NCBI GenBank assembly: GCA_029953675.1
Contig: JAMWBK010000004.1
Span: 62,001-126,000, forward strand
Length of the DNA: 64,000 nucleotides
Source: Rhodosorus marinus CCMP1338
Lineage: Eukaryota > Plantae > Rhodophyta
Direction of reading: 5' to 3'
Made by a program: the position numbers and the translations under genes. Below, one piece after another: positions 32,699-45,260 of this stretch. A model generated the notes under the pieces. The model was not told the origin of the DNA and searched no databases. It saw nothing but the letters and a program-made list of their open reading frames with translations. Within the stretch, counting starts at the first letter, position 1. Each line of letters begins with the position of its first letter.

Positions 32699-35470
32699 GG
32701 ACTGGACTTTACTGGACTTTACTAGCATAGCCTGAAGCGCTACGCAAGGCGTGAAGATGAACTAATAACTAGGGAGGGAAGCATGCAACCCCAGGCGCCG
32801 ATGGCGCTTTTTACTAGCATAGCCTGAAGCGCTACGCAAGGGGTGAAGATGAACTAATAACTAGGGAGGGAAGTATGCAACCCCAGGCGCCGATGGCGCG
32901 CCTCGGAAAGCATGTCGCTGGAATATCGCCAAAGGGAGACACTTAAACGCCTCAACAGCGCCAAATATTCAGTAGGATGCTCAGCAAAACATTTCCGCAA
33001 CCACTCTAAACCCGACTTATCCACGTGACCAAAGCTTTCCACAATGAATGGCTGGAACCGGTGAGAGCGACCCTCAGCGCAAGGCAGACTGGCCATGCTC
33101 TCAGCATACCGTCGTTCCTTAACTCTTCGAAGGGCTGAAGCCGCGGCCCCCCGGCGGCGGGCGGCTGCGGTGAGGTGGGCGCTGGCCACGGGGCAGGTAA
33201 TCGCAAGGTCCACATATGTTGAGCGTCTGGCAGCAGCGTCGGAGACGAGGAGATCGGCTATACAACGGGGCGGTGCAGAGTCCGAGATTGATCGAACGAA
33301 TGGTTTAATCGGAGGCTGAAAAAAAAAACCCCCGAGGGGAAAAAAAGACTAAGCGCGGCGAAGTACTCGCGCCTCCAACATCAAAGCGGCATTCATGCGC
33401 CACAGCAGGAAACTTAAACGGGTAAACAACGAGATTGATCTGGGCAGTTCCGACTCAACCTCAACCGTATGCCCTATCCGAGTCAAAAATTCGCTGAGGA
33501 TGTACTTGAGGCGAGTGTGACGCCTCGTACGGAGACCTCGCAATAGTCCGCAGGAACCCAGGAAGTGGTAGCCACAAGCGTCAATCCGGCTCTCACATCC
33601 CTGACAGAAAGACGGCCGATTAGAGTGCCACGGAGCCTGTGGCAAACCGAGATAGATCCGTGCGGCAGAACGGAACTGGAAAGCATCGAGACGATGACTC
33701 AATGACGACGGTAGAGTGGTTAACCACAAGTGCGAGAGGTGGCCTCCCATGCCGCGGAGACGAGCGTCAGTGGTAGGCGGCGTGAGAGGAGAATTGAGCA
33801 TGACTGTGTGAGCGGCACTGTGTTGGCCCCAGGTGAGGCTATGTTGAATCACATCAGTGCGGGAGCTCCACAATCGGCTCAAACCCGGGTAGTCTGCAAC
33901 AGGAAACCCGGGGCTAGCATCTCCGTCATCGGCAAGAACTCGGTCGAGGGGACAATCCTCAATCGCTTCAGCTCGTCCCCATAACAGCTCCCTCCAGGAA
34001 CGAAAGCGGGACCGATTTGCGTCCGGCACGGCGTTGCACCTGCTGAACGCGTGTTGAAGACCATCATAAATTGTCAAAAGCGTGGGCGGCAGGGTCACTG
34101 GATCCTCGTTGGTCAAAGCTCGAGCCAAGAGGCAGGCACTTCGCATCTGGAAGGTCACCAACGTTCGCAGCGCGGTAGCCCAGGAGGGAACCGCCGCTGG
34201 CGAGCATACCAGCCCACGGTCTGCGACGCCGAATCCCCCTAATCGCAACGGTAGAGCGATCTGTGCACGGATAAAGTCCCTGTCGGGAGCAGCTTCAAGA
34301 TCGAGGGGCTCATCCAAGAGCGTTCCCCAGTGTTGCAGGGTCATTTCGTCGGCTTTAGCCGCGATCCACGAGCCCCAAGCTGGAGGCAGGCTGCGCAACC
34401 AGTAGTTGAGTCTGGGACCGGCACAAAAGCGGGAAAGCAAGCAGGCCAATTGCAGCATGCTGTCGGGTAGGTGCTCAATGGCGTCGGTGAGTTGCTTGTG
34501 CCGTGCCAAAACTCGCTCGCAGGATGCTTGGACAAAGTTGTCAGTCCCCAATCCGACGCCGTGGTGTTCGAAACCTTCACGTTCGCTGATTAGTCGCAGA
34601 GTGGGTGGCAGAGAGTTCAGCGACACGTCCCTCGCGGGGAGAAAGCGACATTTTTCTGTTTCCACAGTCAAACCGACGCGACGTGCAATCGCTTCGATCG
34701 CGGTCAGTCCCCTAGCCAGGGTGTCAGGGGTGCCCAGCAATGTTACGTCATCGTGGTACGCGCAGATTCGAAGATCCGAGACCTCAGTCGAAAGACGTAA
34801 AAGTACGAGCTGTAGGGCACAGGCATGAAGAAGAGGTCCGCAAGGGTCGCCTTGTTGGACGCCAGTATGTGCTTGAAAAACAGTGCCCTCCGTTGTCAAG
34901 TAGGGGAGGCTCTCCCCTCCGTAAATACCCGATAGAAACGGCCACGCCTCCGGAAACACCCGTCGGAGCACCTCTAGCGCATGCGTCCGCGACACGCTGT
35001 TGAATGCGTTCCGGAAATCAACCACCAAGACTCCCCACTCCGGCCTACTGGCGCGTTCTAGCTCGATCCCATGGGTGATCAGTTCGCAAACCCCAGAAAA
35101 TCCCACCCCTACTTGCAAGGGCGCCATAAAAGCTGTGACGCGCTGGCGGAGGCGCTGGCATAGCCACCTCCCGGCTAACTTGCGTAGGCTCTCCACCATC
35201 CCGATCGGCCGGAAACGCGGGTGGGCCGGCTGGTGGTCAGGTTTCGTGAGCAAGCAAAGCTGTGCCCGCCGGAGATGTTCCCATAGCGCAGACGCACCCG
35301 ATACGCCCTGGAACAACTTGTTAAGGATCCTGAGAAGCGAGCCTCCTTCCAAAGAAATCCACCGCCGGAGCCAACTCCGAAAACGCGTACGCAAAATGCC
35401 CCAGTCTACGCCCTCCTTCAGGACATAAGACTGTTGATCCATAGGCTGCGACCTCGCAGCCGTGCCTGGA
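32699..35470 (-). mobile_element. Family B array: ~110-bp copy (32699-32807) plus the longest B copy (32808-~35470) with most of the RT and the RLE
   Basis: FRPIGMVE, QVGVG, DFRNAFN, GVQQGDPCGP, AYHDD, LPLRLGGFGV; tail agtaaagtccagtaaagtccagtcc. Confidence 0.92.
33283..33440 (-). mobile_element. Family A 3' fragment (136 bp) inserted in the B ORF with 11-bp TSD
   Basis: CGAGATTGATC at 33283-33293 and 33430-33440. Confidence 0.92.
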
Positions 35471-35529
35471 GCGCTAATCGTGATTCTCCCCATTCCCCCA
35501 CAATTACACCCACAACTCGCCATCCAAAA

Positions 35530-37400
35530 CAAACCAGAAACTAAACTTGTGTGAAACCTTTACTCGAATCGACACGTTTCTACTTTTAGAAACGCAGTAT
35601 TATGGTTTATTCGAAGTTTATTTGATGCTATTTGTGTGTTTATTGTTTGATGGGATCTAATTTTAGAAACCAGTACATCGGATGAACGGAATCTAAGAAA
35701 GCGAGGTTTTTGTCGCTTCTAGAGAACTCTAGTTCACTCGAGGTGAGGTTGGGTTTGTTGGCAGGGATTTGGGTGGTCGAATTTGAAGGGACGTGACGCG
35801 GACGAGGTTAAAATGGAGTATGGTGAATTGCATGTACAACGAGCTGATGAAAAGTAATGAAAAGACAACGGTTTCAGTGTTTTTTTAAGGTGTGGCGGGG
35901 GGAGGATTTGCCCCCGTGATGTGGTTAACGAACGAATGGTTTAATCGGAGGCTGATGTGGTTAACAGGGTCTTCCATGTCGATAAACGTCGCTTTGCTGA
36001 CATTAGCATAAGATGAACGGAGTCCTTGTCAAGACTAAAACTGATACTGGTGAAATATTTGAATCGGAAACTCAAAGAAAAACCCCGAGGGCAAAAAAAA
36101 GAGGAAAAAACTAAGGAAGATCGCACGCCTCCAACATCGAACGGACGAACATCGAAGCAGCGTTCAGCAAGAAACTAACGGGCCCAAAGCCAACGAGAAT
36201 CAACGGATATTGAATGAATTGGTTTAAGATACTAAGGTTGCAAGCGGAAGAGGAATTTTTTTTTGACTGCTATTTTTTCCATAAATCACGTTGCCGCGGA
36301 GCTCTGTGCCAGTTTCCGAACTAGCGGAAAGGGCTACTCTCTAGTTTCCAAACTAAGAGGGGCCTCGTCTTCTTCTTCCTTGAGTGCGTGCGCAATGCGT
36401 CATTCGCTTCGGATCAGCCCAATCATCAAACGTGTGAGGGAGGCCGCCAGAACCTGAGGTTCGTGAACCTCGAAACTTCTCCAACTTTTGATGACAACAA
36501 ATCTTTCAGCGGAGATCCCCTGACGATCCAAGCTCCCGCCTTTCAACTGCACCTCACCAGCGCCCTTTCTTAGTACACTCCACTGAGCACTGAAACCATT
36601 CTATCCTTCTGGATGTTTCCTTCCCGGGCAGTTCCATTTGACCAGTGAACAACGCTGGGCATTTCTTGGTAGGTATATAGGCGCTTACATGACGCCTTCG
36701 TATCTGCTCTAGTGGTGAATTTCTCCAAAGTAGTGTCCCCAAAACCGGTTAGCAGATTTATGGAGTGCATAAAAAACCATCCCAACACCACTCAGCTCTA
36801 TTCTTAGAATTTCCGCGATACACCCAGCAATCAACCCCAGTATTCTGCGCGGTCACCTTCGATCGGACATGAGTCCTCGTCAAGCTATGCACATCGTGTC
36901 TCACATTTGCAACCGAATCCAATAGAGGGGCATTTTCATGGTCTGATTGCTAGCTAAGTGCCCCGTCCAGCGGTCTGAAAGTTCCAACTGCTGGTCATTT
37001 CCAGCGCTATGATTAGTCTCCCAAAGATCATGCGTTTCGTCTAATCGGTGCCCTCGACTCTACCCTTGGATATGACGACACGAAGATTATAAGAAGCCCA
37101 ACTCGGTGGTTGAGATCTACCTTAGGGCTGCCAGTATCTAAGAAACGATCAAGTAAGCATTGAGCCCGAAAGAAAGATGGATTACAACTCTAGCTGCAGT
37201 GAGGGAAGATATGAAAAGCTGGACATGGCAATGAGCGTGTCATCAGATCGAAGCTTGGCGGCAGAGAAGAGTATAGATTCAAAGTCGACGAAAAGAAGAT
37301 GGACGAAGAACCAGTCGTGCTTAAAATGGCTTTGGATTGAACCCAATCCGTACAAGAGCTTGTTATAGTTTATGAATTGTATTTAGTGGTCGTTTGGTGG
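35530..37400. repeat. Unclassified dispersed repeat 'D', copy 1 (interrupted by A-type fragments)
   Basis: Collinear similarity to 39725-41850 and 54107-55640. Confidence 0.7.
35917..35965 (-). mobile_element. Family A tail-only micro-insertion (23 nt) with 13-bp TSD
   Basis: TGATGTGGTTAAC [gaacgaatggtttaatcggaggc] TGATGTGGTTAAC; insert is an exact A terminus. Confidence 0.92.
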
Positions 37401-39614
37401 TGGTAATTTTACTAGTGGTGGTTTCACTGTTGTTTTTGGTTTTGCTATCATAGCGTTAAGCGGGTATACGATCTCGTTTAGATACCCTGAAACAATTCAA
37501 CAGAGTGCGGCGAGGCTCCTTACGCCCGCCCGAGTCTCTTACGATGAGTAATCTTTCGTTGGGCGAGCATTAAGTGCTCCACTGAGCGAAGCAGGGACTG
37601 TTTCGATCTATGTACAGTCCAGTCTCGCTAGGCGATGCCTTGGCTCCTCTAGCCATCAAGAATAGCTGGACTCGAGAGTAAGAAAAAGTTCTTAATCCAA
37701 ACGAAACCATGATGATCGAACGCTCCTCCCCTCATTGTGTAATGACGTGTAGAGGAATGCAATACCAGTTGCCTATCGCTTAAATATCGTCGTAGGGCCC
37801 TGATCCCGGCGCTCTAGGGTTCGTTCGTAAAGCCACTGCTAGCGCTGCTAGTCTGACACTCATGAAAGGGAAAAACTGCCTCTATTTCCCCCTCGCTTTC
37901 GTTCCTCCCTCCCTCCATCAATCCATCCAGTTAGCACTACGCCTTGGGTAGCCCCTAAGTCTATGTGATCAGGACCTCCGTCCCCTCAGTCGTGTTGGAT
38001 CCTCAGATGTAACCACGTTGCTGTCGAGAAATGAACTACAGTCAGTCCTGGATCTCTGGAATAAACGAGTTTATTGGATGGATAGGCAGAGACTAAAAAC
38101 CCAGCCGCCGGGAAAACAAGACTACTGGAGGTAAAGATCACGGCCCTGATCTGTAAACGTGGAAAATTCGACACAATAATTTCCACAGTCAACTCTTTGG
38201 TGGTATTCTAGAACATGCTCGCCGAGGCGCTCCAACGCCGCCTGGGCTTACATGCTCTTCCCCCTAGTCCCTAGTTTCGTTTTCCGTCTTGTGCGTAGCG
38301 CATCAGGCGATGTTCGTAAAACTGCCACTCCAGAGCCGTCGAAGGCATATCAAGTGGACTGATGCCTTAGCCTGATCACATCTGATCTAAAATAAGCTCC
38401 TACCGCGGAAAAGAACCCGTGTGAAGCAACTGTTAAGTCTGTTAGTAAACCACCACCACGCCCGTTGTCAAAGAGTTTGGGTTCATCCCGAACGCAACAG
38501 TCGAGGCCTAAAAAACATTTCTACGTCCTTTAATTCACAAGCTTCGGAGAGAGCGGGACCATCAGGTGACCATCAGCTGATGGTTCCTCCCTAATACAAG
38601 GGTTCGGTTCCAAAGTACTGCCTCGTGTCGTTCGATACGAACGGAGCTAGGCTGGGCCGGTGTTCACTGACAGAACCTGATTGTTCACCGTCAACAAAGT
38701 CATCCGGAGCGCCCATCATCAGCGGAATATTATTTTCTACGCCTTGTAAAACTCTGCGATCCACGAAAACTGCTCATTTTTGAGAGCTTGACGTCCTGAT
38801 TTCGGTTGCACTTCGTTTCCTTTACAATACACTTGTTGTAAATAACCATTTACTGGTGGTCAGAACTAATGTTAAGCTTAGCTGAGTAGGCTAACGTTCA
38901 GTTGAAGTCTATTCCGAGACAGAAACTGAGCCTCAATCAGGTTTCCATATGCACCTAAATGCTAGCTCTCACGGATAGAAATCGTAGCATCTCAAAGTAG
39001 CAGCCAAAAGAATAAATGTACACCTTCGAATATGTCCTCAAGAATGGGTTTCATGAGTTGGTCGCATGAGCTCATCTGAACGCCACAAAAGGGAGAAAAC
39101 CAGGAGGGGAGACCAAAAGTCTGAATACGTGCGTCAAAGCAACATTCAAACGCCATAACAGGGAACTCAAGTTTGGTAGCCTTGCGCTCATCGTCACAGG
39201 TTCCAATCGTTCTGTTGTCGCTTTCACAGATACGCGATCCCTTCTATAGAATTTCTTTGCTTTCACGTCTGCATTCGTCGGATAAACTATTGAAAACTTT
39301 TGTCTTCCCCTGGGCGCGGTTTCAGAGCGTGTGTAAACAAAACGACCTACCCTGAAGAGTACCGATTTAGGAGTTGACAAGCTCTCAAGTGGGCGGTTAT
39401 CGACATTTACTAGAGCTAGGCTATATCAAATTTCTCCAAGAGCTCTAAAAAGAGGATTCAAGTATTGGATCCGTGCGCCAACACAAGTCACGCAACTAGA
39501 TCGTATAAAGTCAACCTCCGACTGTCAAGTTCGGCGCTCAGATACCCTTCGCAAATTAAAAATAAAAACCAATACGTAGAAATTGTAATCAAGAAAATCC
39601 TCTCAGAAATACCC

Positions 39615-39643
39615 ATATGTACCATTCGTTCGTTCGTATGTAC
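39615..39643 (+). mobile_element. Probable family A tail-only micro-insertion (13 nt) with ~8-bp TSD
   Basis: aTATGTAC [cattcgttcgttc] gTATGTAC. Confidence 0.6.
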
Positions 39644-39724
39644 AGTCAGGCCTATTTAAAGCGCTCCTCCCTTTCCGTTTTCATGTCTGTGTTATGAACT
39701 CGCCTCTGTAACGAAACTAGTAGA

Positions 39725-41850
39725 ACCACCACAACCACCACCACTAAACTTGCGTCCAAACCGACCCAAAAACTAAACTTGTATTGAACTCCTTAACGGC
39801 ACGCTTCCATTTTTAGAAAAATATATTATGGTTTATTCGAAATTTACTTAACGCTTTTTGTATTTTAATGTTCTATAAGATCTAATTTTAGAAAATATGT
39901 GCTTAGGATTACGGATTTCAGAAGCGGCGGTTTTTGGTATTTTTTGGCGCTTTTAGGGACACGAGTTCGCTCGAGTTGAGGTTGGGTTTGTAGGCAGGGA
40001 CTGGGTTGTCATATTCGAGGGAAGGTGACACGGATGAGGTGCGTATGGAATATGGTGTCCAGCAAACTGTTGAAAATTAGTGAAAAGACGATTGTGTCAG
40101 TGGTTTTTTGAGAGGAACAGTCTGTCCCGGTGAGCTGGTTATCAGGATGTTCCATGTTGATAAACATCGCTTTGATGACATTAGTATAAAGTGATACTGA
40201 GGATATTTTGAAGACTAGTATGGATACTAAGTTAAGAAGCCCAGGAGACGATAGCCAGCCTCCTAAGGCGATATACCCCTACAAGATGTTGACACAGGTT
40301 GCTCTTTGTTGACTGCAGCTTGCCATGAATCACGACGCGGCCGAGCGCTGGGTCGGGTTTCCATATGATCAGAAAGGGATACGATCTAGTTTCCAAACTA
40401 GAAGGACTTCCTTTTCTCCATTCTTCAATGTGTATGCAATGCGTCGTTCGCATTGGGTCAGTCTAATCATCAAACGTTTTGAGAGAGCCCAACAGAATCC
40501 GAGGTTCCTGGAAACTTCTCAAATCTGATAACAACAAGTCTTGAATTCGAAATCCTCTGACGATCCATGGTCCCACCTCTCAACTGCACCTTACCTGCGC
40601 CCTTTCTTACGATAGCCAGCCTCCTAAGGCGATATACCCCTACAACATGTTGACACAGGTTGCTCTTTGTTGACTGCAGCTTGCCACGAATCACGACGCG
40701 GCCGAGCGCTGGGTCGGGTTTCCATATGATCAGAAAGGGATACGATCTAGTTTCCAAACTAGAAGGACTTCCTTTTCTCCATTCTTCAATGTGTATGCAA
40801 TGCGTCGTTCGCATTGGGTCAGTCTAATCATCAAACGTTTTGAGAGAGCCCAACAGAATCCGAGGTTCCTGGAAACTTCTCAAATTTGATAACAACAAGT
40901 CTTGAATTCGAAATCCTCTGACGATCCATGGTCCCACCTCTCAACTGCACCTTACCTGCGCCCTTTCTTAGTACACTCAAAATGAGTGCTCTTGCCCAGT
41001 CTGAGTCTTCAACAATCTATCCTCCAGGATGTTTCCTGCCCGGGCAGTTCTCTTTGACCGGTGAACAACATTGGGCATTTCTTGCTATCTCGTGCTTACA
41101 AGACGCCTTCGGATCTGCTCTAATGGAGGTCTTCTCCGAAAAAGTCTCTCCAAAACCGGTCAACAGATTCATAGACTGCAGTAATAAGCCATCCAAACGT
41201 CATCTCAACTCTATTCTTAGTAAACCAACTTTCTTAGAATCTCCGTGATACACTCAGCTGCTTTCAACCTCAATAATCTTGGCGGTTCCCCCTCGGTGTG
41301 CCATGAGCCCTCGCTGACGCTATGCACATCTTTTCCCACATTTGCAACCGAATTCAATGGAGGGGGATTTTCATTGTCTGTTTCCGAGCTAAACAGTCTG
41401 TCGGGCAGTGTGAAAATCCCAACTAGCTGTTCAGTGGTTTCCAGAGCTATGATTGGTCTTCTAAAGATCATGCGGTTCGTCTGACAGGTGCCCTCGACTC
41501 TAGCCTTCTACAGCAGCGACACGAAACATTATAAGAAGCCCAAATCGATGGTTGAGATCTGTACCTTAAGGCTGCAGGTATCTAAGAACCGATCAAGTAA
41601 GCACTAAAATCTGAAAGAAAGATGGATTACAAGTCTAGCTGCAGCGAGGGAAGGTATGAGAACCTGGATATGTCAATGAGCGTGTCATCGGATCGAAGCT
41701 TGGGGGTAGACAAGAGCAAAGGTTCAAAGTCGACGAAGAGAAGGCGTACAAAGAACCTGTCGTGTTTAAACTGGCTTTGGATTGAGCACAATCCGTACAA
41801 GAGCTTATTATAGTCTTATGAGTACGTATTTAGTGGTGATAGTGGTGGTT
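39725..41850. repeat. Dispersed repeat D, copy 2 (most complete), with an internal 361-bp tandem duplication (40248-40970)
   Basis: Ends accaccactaaa / tttagtggtg; gatagccagcctcctaagg recurs at a 361-bp period. Confidence 0.75.
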
Positions 41851-44800
41851 TTACAGGGGTCATTAGCACAGCCTGAAGCGCTACGCATGGCGTGAAAAAG
41901 GAACTAAGAACTAGGTAGGGAAGCGTGTAAACCCAGGCGAGCATATCCTTACGCGGTAGGGAAGGCGTACGAGACCATTTGATTCCCAAGAAAGGATTTA
42001 AAAGAGGCGGCGAGGCCAATACGACTGCCCGAGTCTCTCAGTTTCAGTCTCTGATTAAACAAATTCGTTTCTTCAATGCAAGGCTAATAAAGCCAGGCTA
42101 ATGAAACCAGCCAGCTAGTACGGATATTAAGGCTTGGAAGCCGGGGAGGCGGTAGCCAGCCTCTTGAGACGATTTTCTTCTCTTCCTTCTCTTCTTGTAC
42201 TCTATCCCCTGCTACACTACTAGGATTCTCGATATTATAACGAGTCAACTTCTCGCTAATCTTTGCCTACCCCGTTACTCTGGGACGAACCACTTGCTTC
42301 GGCATCGGCACCTCATAGCGACCTGATACGGGCACAGAAGGCTCTACCCTTGCGCCTCGGAGGCTTTGGAGTGGATGACCAGCGTCTAGCCTGCTCGACT
42401 GCGATGGTAGCCTCCTGGGCCATCAATTTTCCTACCCTTGTGGGACTTAGGTTCCCTAGTGCCTGTCTTTTGACGTGGGTGCTGACGAACGATGACCCAG
42501 TCGACCTTCCGCACCCGCTACTGCGCCTGCAAGAGACGTTTGGTCGGTGCAATGCCGTGCCGGAAGAGAATCGATCAAAGTTCAACTCCTGGAGGGAGAT
42601 GCTGTAAGCATCGAATGAGGTTGTAGTGGAACCACATTACAAGTGGAATCTATGGTTAAGTGGATGGATGGATTGGATGGATTGGTTGGATAGATGGATT
42701 GGATGGATTGATTGGATAGATGGATTGGATGGATGGGCCTCGCCAGAATACCCCTTCACAACGTCCGTAGTTTTTGCGTTGATACGTGGTCTGTGGTTAA
42801 AGTAGAGCGACGCAAGCTAGATGTTTAGTGCAATGGGGAGCGTGGATTGCCGCTAAGCCGGGCGTGGCGACGCTAACATAAGCGGGCAGACTCTTAGACG
42901 AACCACTTGCTTCGGCATTGGCACCTGACAGGAACCTGATACGGGCTCATATGGCTCTACCCTTGCCCCTGGGAGGCTTTGGAGTGGATGACCGGCATCT
43001 TTTCTGCTCGACTGCGACGGTAGCCTACGGGGGCACCGCTCTTCACACCCTTGTGAGATTTAGGTTCCGCAGAGCCTGCCTTTTAACTTGGGTGCTGACG
43101 AAAGATGACCCAGTCAACCTTCCGCAGCCGTTACTGCGCATCTATGACGGTCTGCAACAGGCGTTTCGCGGTACAATGCCGTGCCGGAAGAGAATCAATC
43201 TAAGTTCAGTCTTGGAAGGAGATGCTATGGGGACGCATTGAGTCTGTAGTGGAATCTATCGTTAATCGCGTGCTGGCCGACGATGGGGAAGCCAGACCCC
43301 CTTCACCCGCGACGGATTACCCTTGTATGAGTAGATCATGGAGCTCACGCCCTGATATTATCCAACATAGCCTCACTTGGGGCCAACACAGTGCTGATCA
43401 CTCAATCTTGCTCAACTCTCTGCTTACACCACCTACCACCACGGCTCGTCTACGGGGCCTGGGAAGTCATCTATTCCACCTATGGCTAACCACTCCAACC
43501 TCGTCACCGACTAGCGCTTTCCAGTTCTGGACCGCAGCACGCATCTGTGGCGTATGAACGCTGCTTTGATGTTGGAGGCGCGCGATCTTCGCCGCTCTTA
43601 GTCATTTTTTCCGGTGGCCGGCGCTGCCGTCTCTCCGTTCGTGGAGCTGCGCGCGGGAGCATTCAGCACCCAGGCCACTCTCAGCAACTACGACGAAGCG
43701 TCGTCCCACACACTCGTCTCAAAGCTGACCAGCCTTCTTTTCGTTGCTTCCCAGGAGAACCGCCTGCCCTCGCTGACGGCGTACCTGGAAAAATTTCCTG
43801 TCAGCGCGGGTGCCTCTGTCCTCCCCCCCACCGCTCATGCTGGGGGGAGCTCTGCACCCCGTCACCCCGTCCTGCCTCAGTCGTCCGGCGCGCTCCGACC
43901 CGACCATCCCTCCTAATTGTGTTCCCCTCCATATCTCCGGCCAAAAACCCCCTGGGTTCTGCTTGGGGCCGAATCCAGCCCCTGCGAGTGGCTCTCGACC
44001 CTCCTACTCTCACAAGTCCTTCGTCGGGGTTCCTCTGAAGAACGCACGACGGCCATTGTGCGTATGATACCTTCCCCCGTGACCACTCCTGCATTCTCCC
44101 GCCAGCTCTCTCCGTTCCATCTCATCTGGATGACGAGCGTGCACCCTCAGGCCCCTTCTCGTGGTCGCTGCTCCGCCCTCGCCGCTCAGGGCTCTATCAA
44201 TTTATTTTTTTGATTGAAATGTGCTCGACGTGTGGTTTACAAATTGGAAGTCATTGTGATCGCTGATGGCATCACGATATTTGCCTCGTTTCTGAGCTTA
44301 GCTTTAGCGTTGCTGCAGTATAGCCGGTTGTACAGGCGGCACGAGCGACCAGATGGGCTCTTAGCGGGGACTCTTATTCGACATCAAGACTATTCTGCAC
44401 CGGCACGATGATGGCGAAGAAAAATGCCTGGTCGCGACGGCTCTATTTTGTTGGTCTCATCTTCCCGAGATCGGGCCCGCCTACGTAGTCTTGGAAGGTG
44501 TATCAGCTCACACTGGCTCATGAGCGTCCCTGCTTTTCCGCCACTCACACTGGCAGATTTCGAAGTGCACACTTCTCTACGTTTATACGGGGTTTGCATC
44601 AGCCGCACTAGCCTGCCGAGATGGGTTCGCCATGCCCTCTATACTCTCAGAACAAATCTACTGCGGATTTTGGCGCCCACCTCCTCGGCAGCTGCCCCGC
44701 TGTGAAAGGCGCCCGAACCCGACCGCATACGCGGATCTTGAACCTGTTATACCGCGAACTTTGACCTCTTGTACGGCAAGCCGGTCTTGAAGTTGAAAGT

Positions 44801-45260
44801 GAGAAGCCCCTGCCCGTCGCAGACTACCAGAATGATGAACCCCGCGTCGCTGACCTCGTGCTCACCTGAGACGATAGCCGCCGTACGACGTACGTTGATA
44901 TTGCTAATCCTCACGCTAGTCGCTATTTGCCGCTGCCAGTATGAGACGTCGCAAAGATTTGAAATATGCGGGGGCCTTTTGTCTTCCCCAGGCATTCGTG
45001 CTTCGGCTCTAGCTCATCGCCTGGTACCTCTGGTAATTGAGTGCTTTGGGTTTATGGATTCCGTTGGCTCTCGTTGGCTTCGGGAATTGTTCCGCGAACG
45101 CCCTGTCCGTCCTCTTTGTTTACCCGTTGAAGCTTCTTGCTGTGGCGTATGAACGCTGCTTTGATGTTGGAGGCGCGCGGTCTTCCCGCGCTTAGTCTTA
45201 ATTTTTCCCCTCGACTTCTTTTCTTTCAGCCTCCGATTAAACCAATTCATTCAATGAAAA
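41850..45260. mobile_element. Nest of older A-like and B-like fragments (thumb region twice, ORF1 piece 43610-44190, RLE/3' end 44440-45260)
   Basis: LPLRLGGFGV, SKLTSLLFVASQENRLP, SQVLRRGSSEERTT, LAHRLVPLVIECFG, with stops and frameshifts. Confidence 0.75.
42660..42735. repeat. Degenerate (GGAT/GGATT)n microsatellite
   Basis: Directly visible. Confidence 0.9.

Noticed and set aside
37177-41813. Repeat D as a pseudogene or CACTA transposon (conserved MDY..KSLL ORF, CACTA-like ends)
   Set aside because: Sense and antisense frames diverge about equally, stop density elsewhere looks random, and there is no 3-bp TSD.
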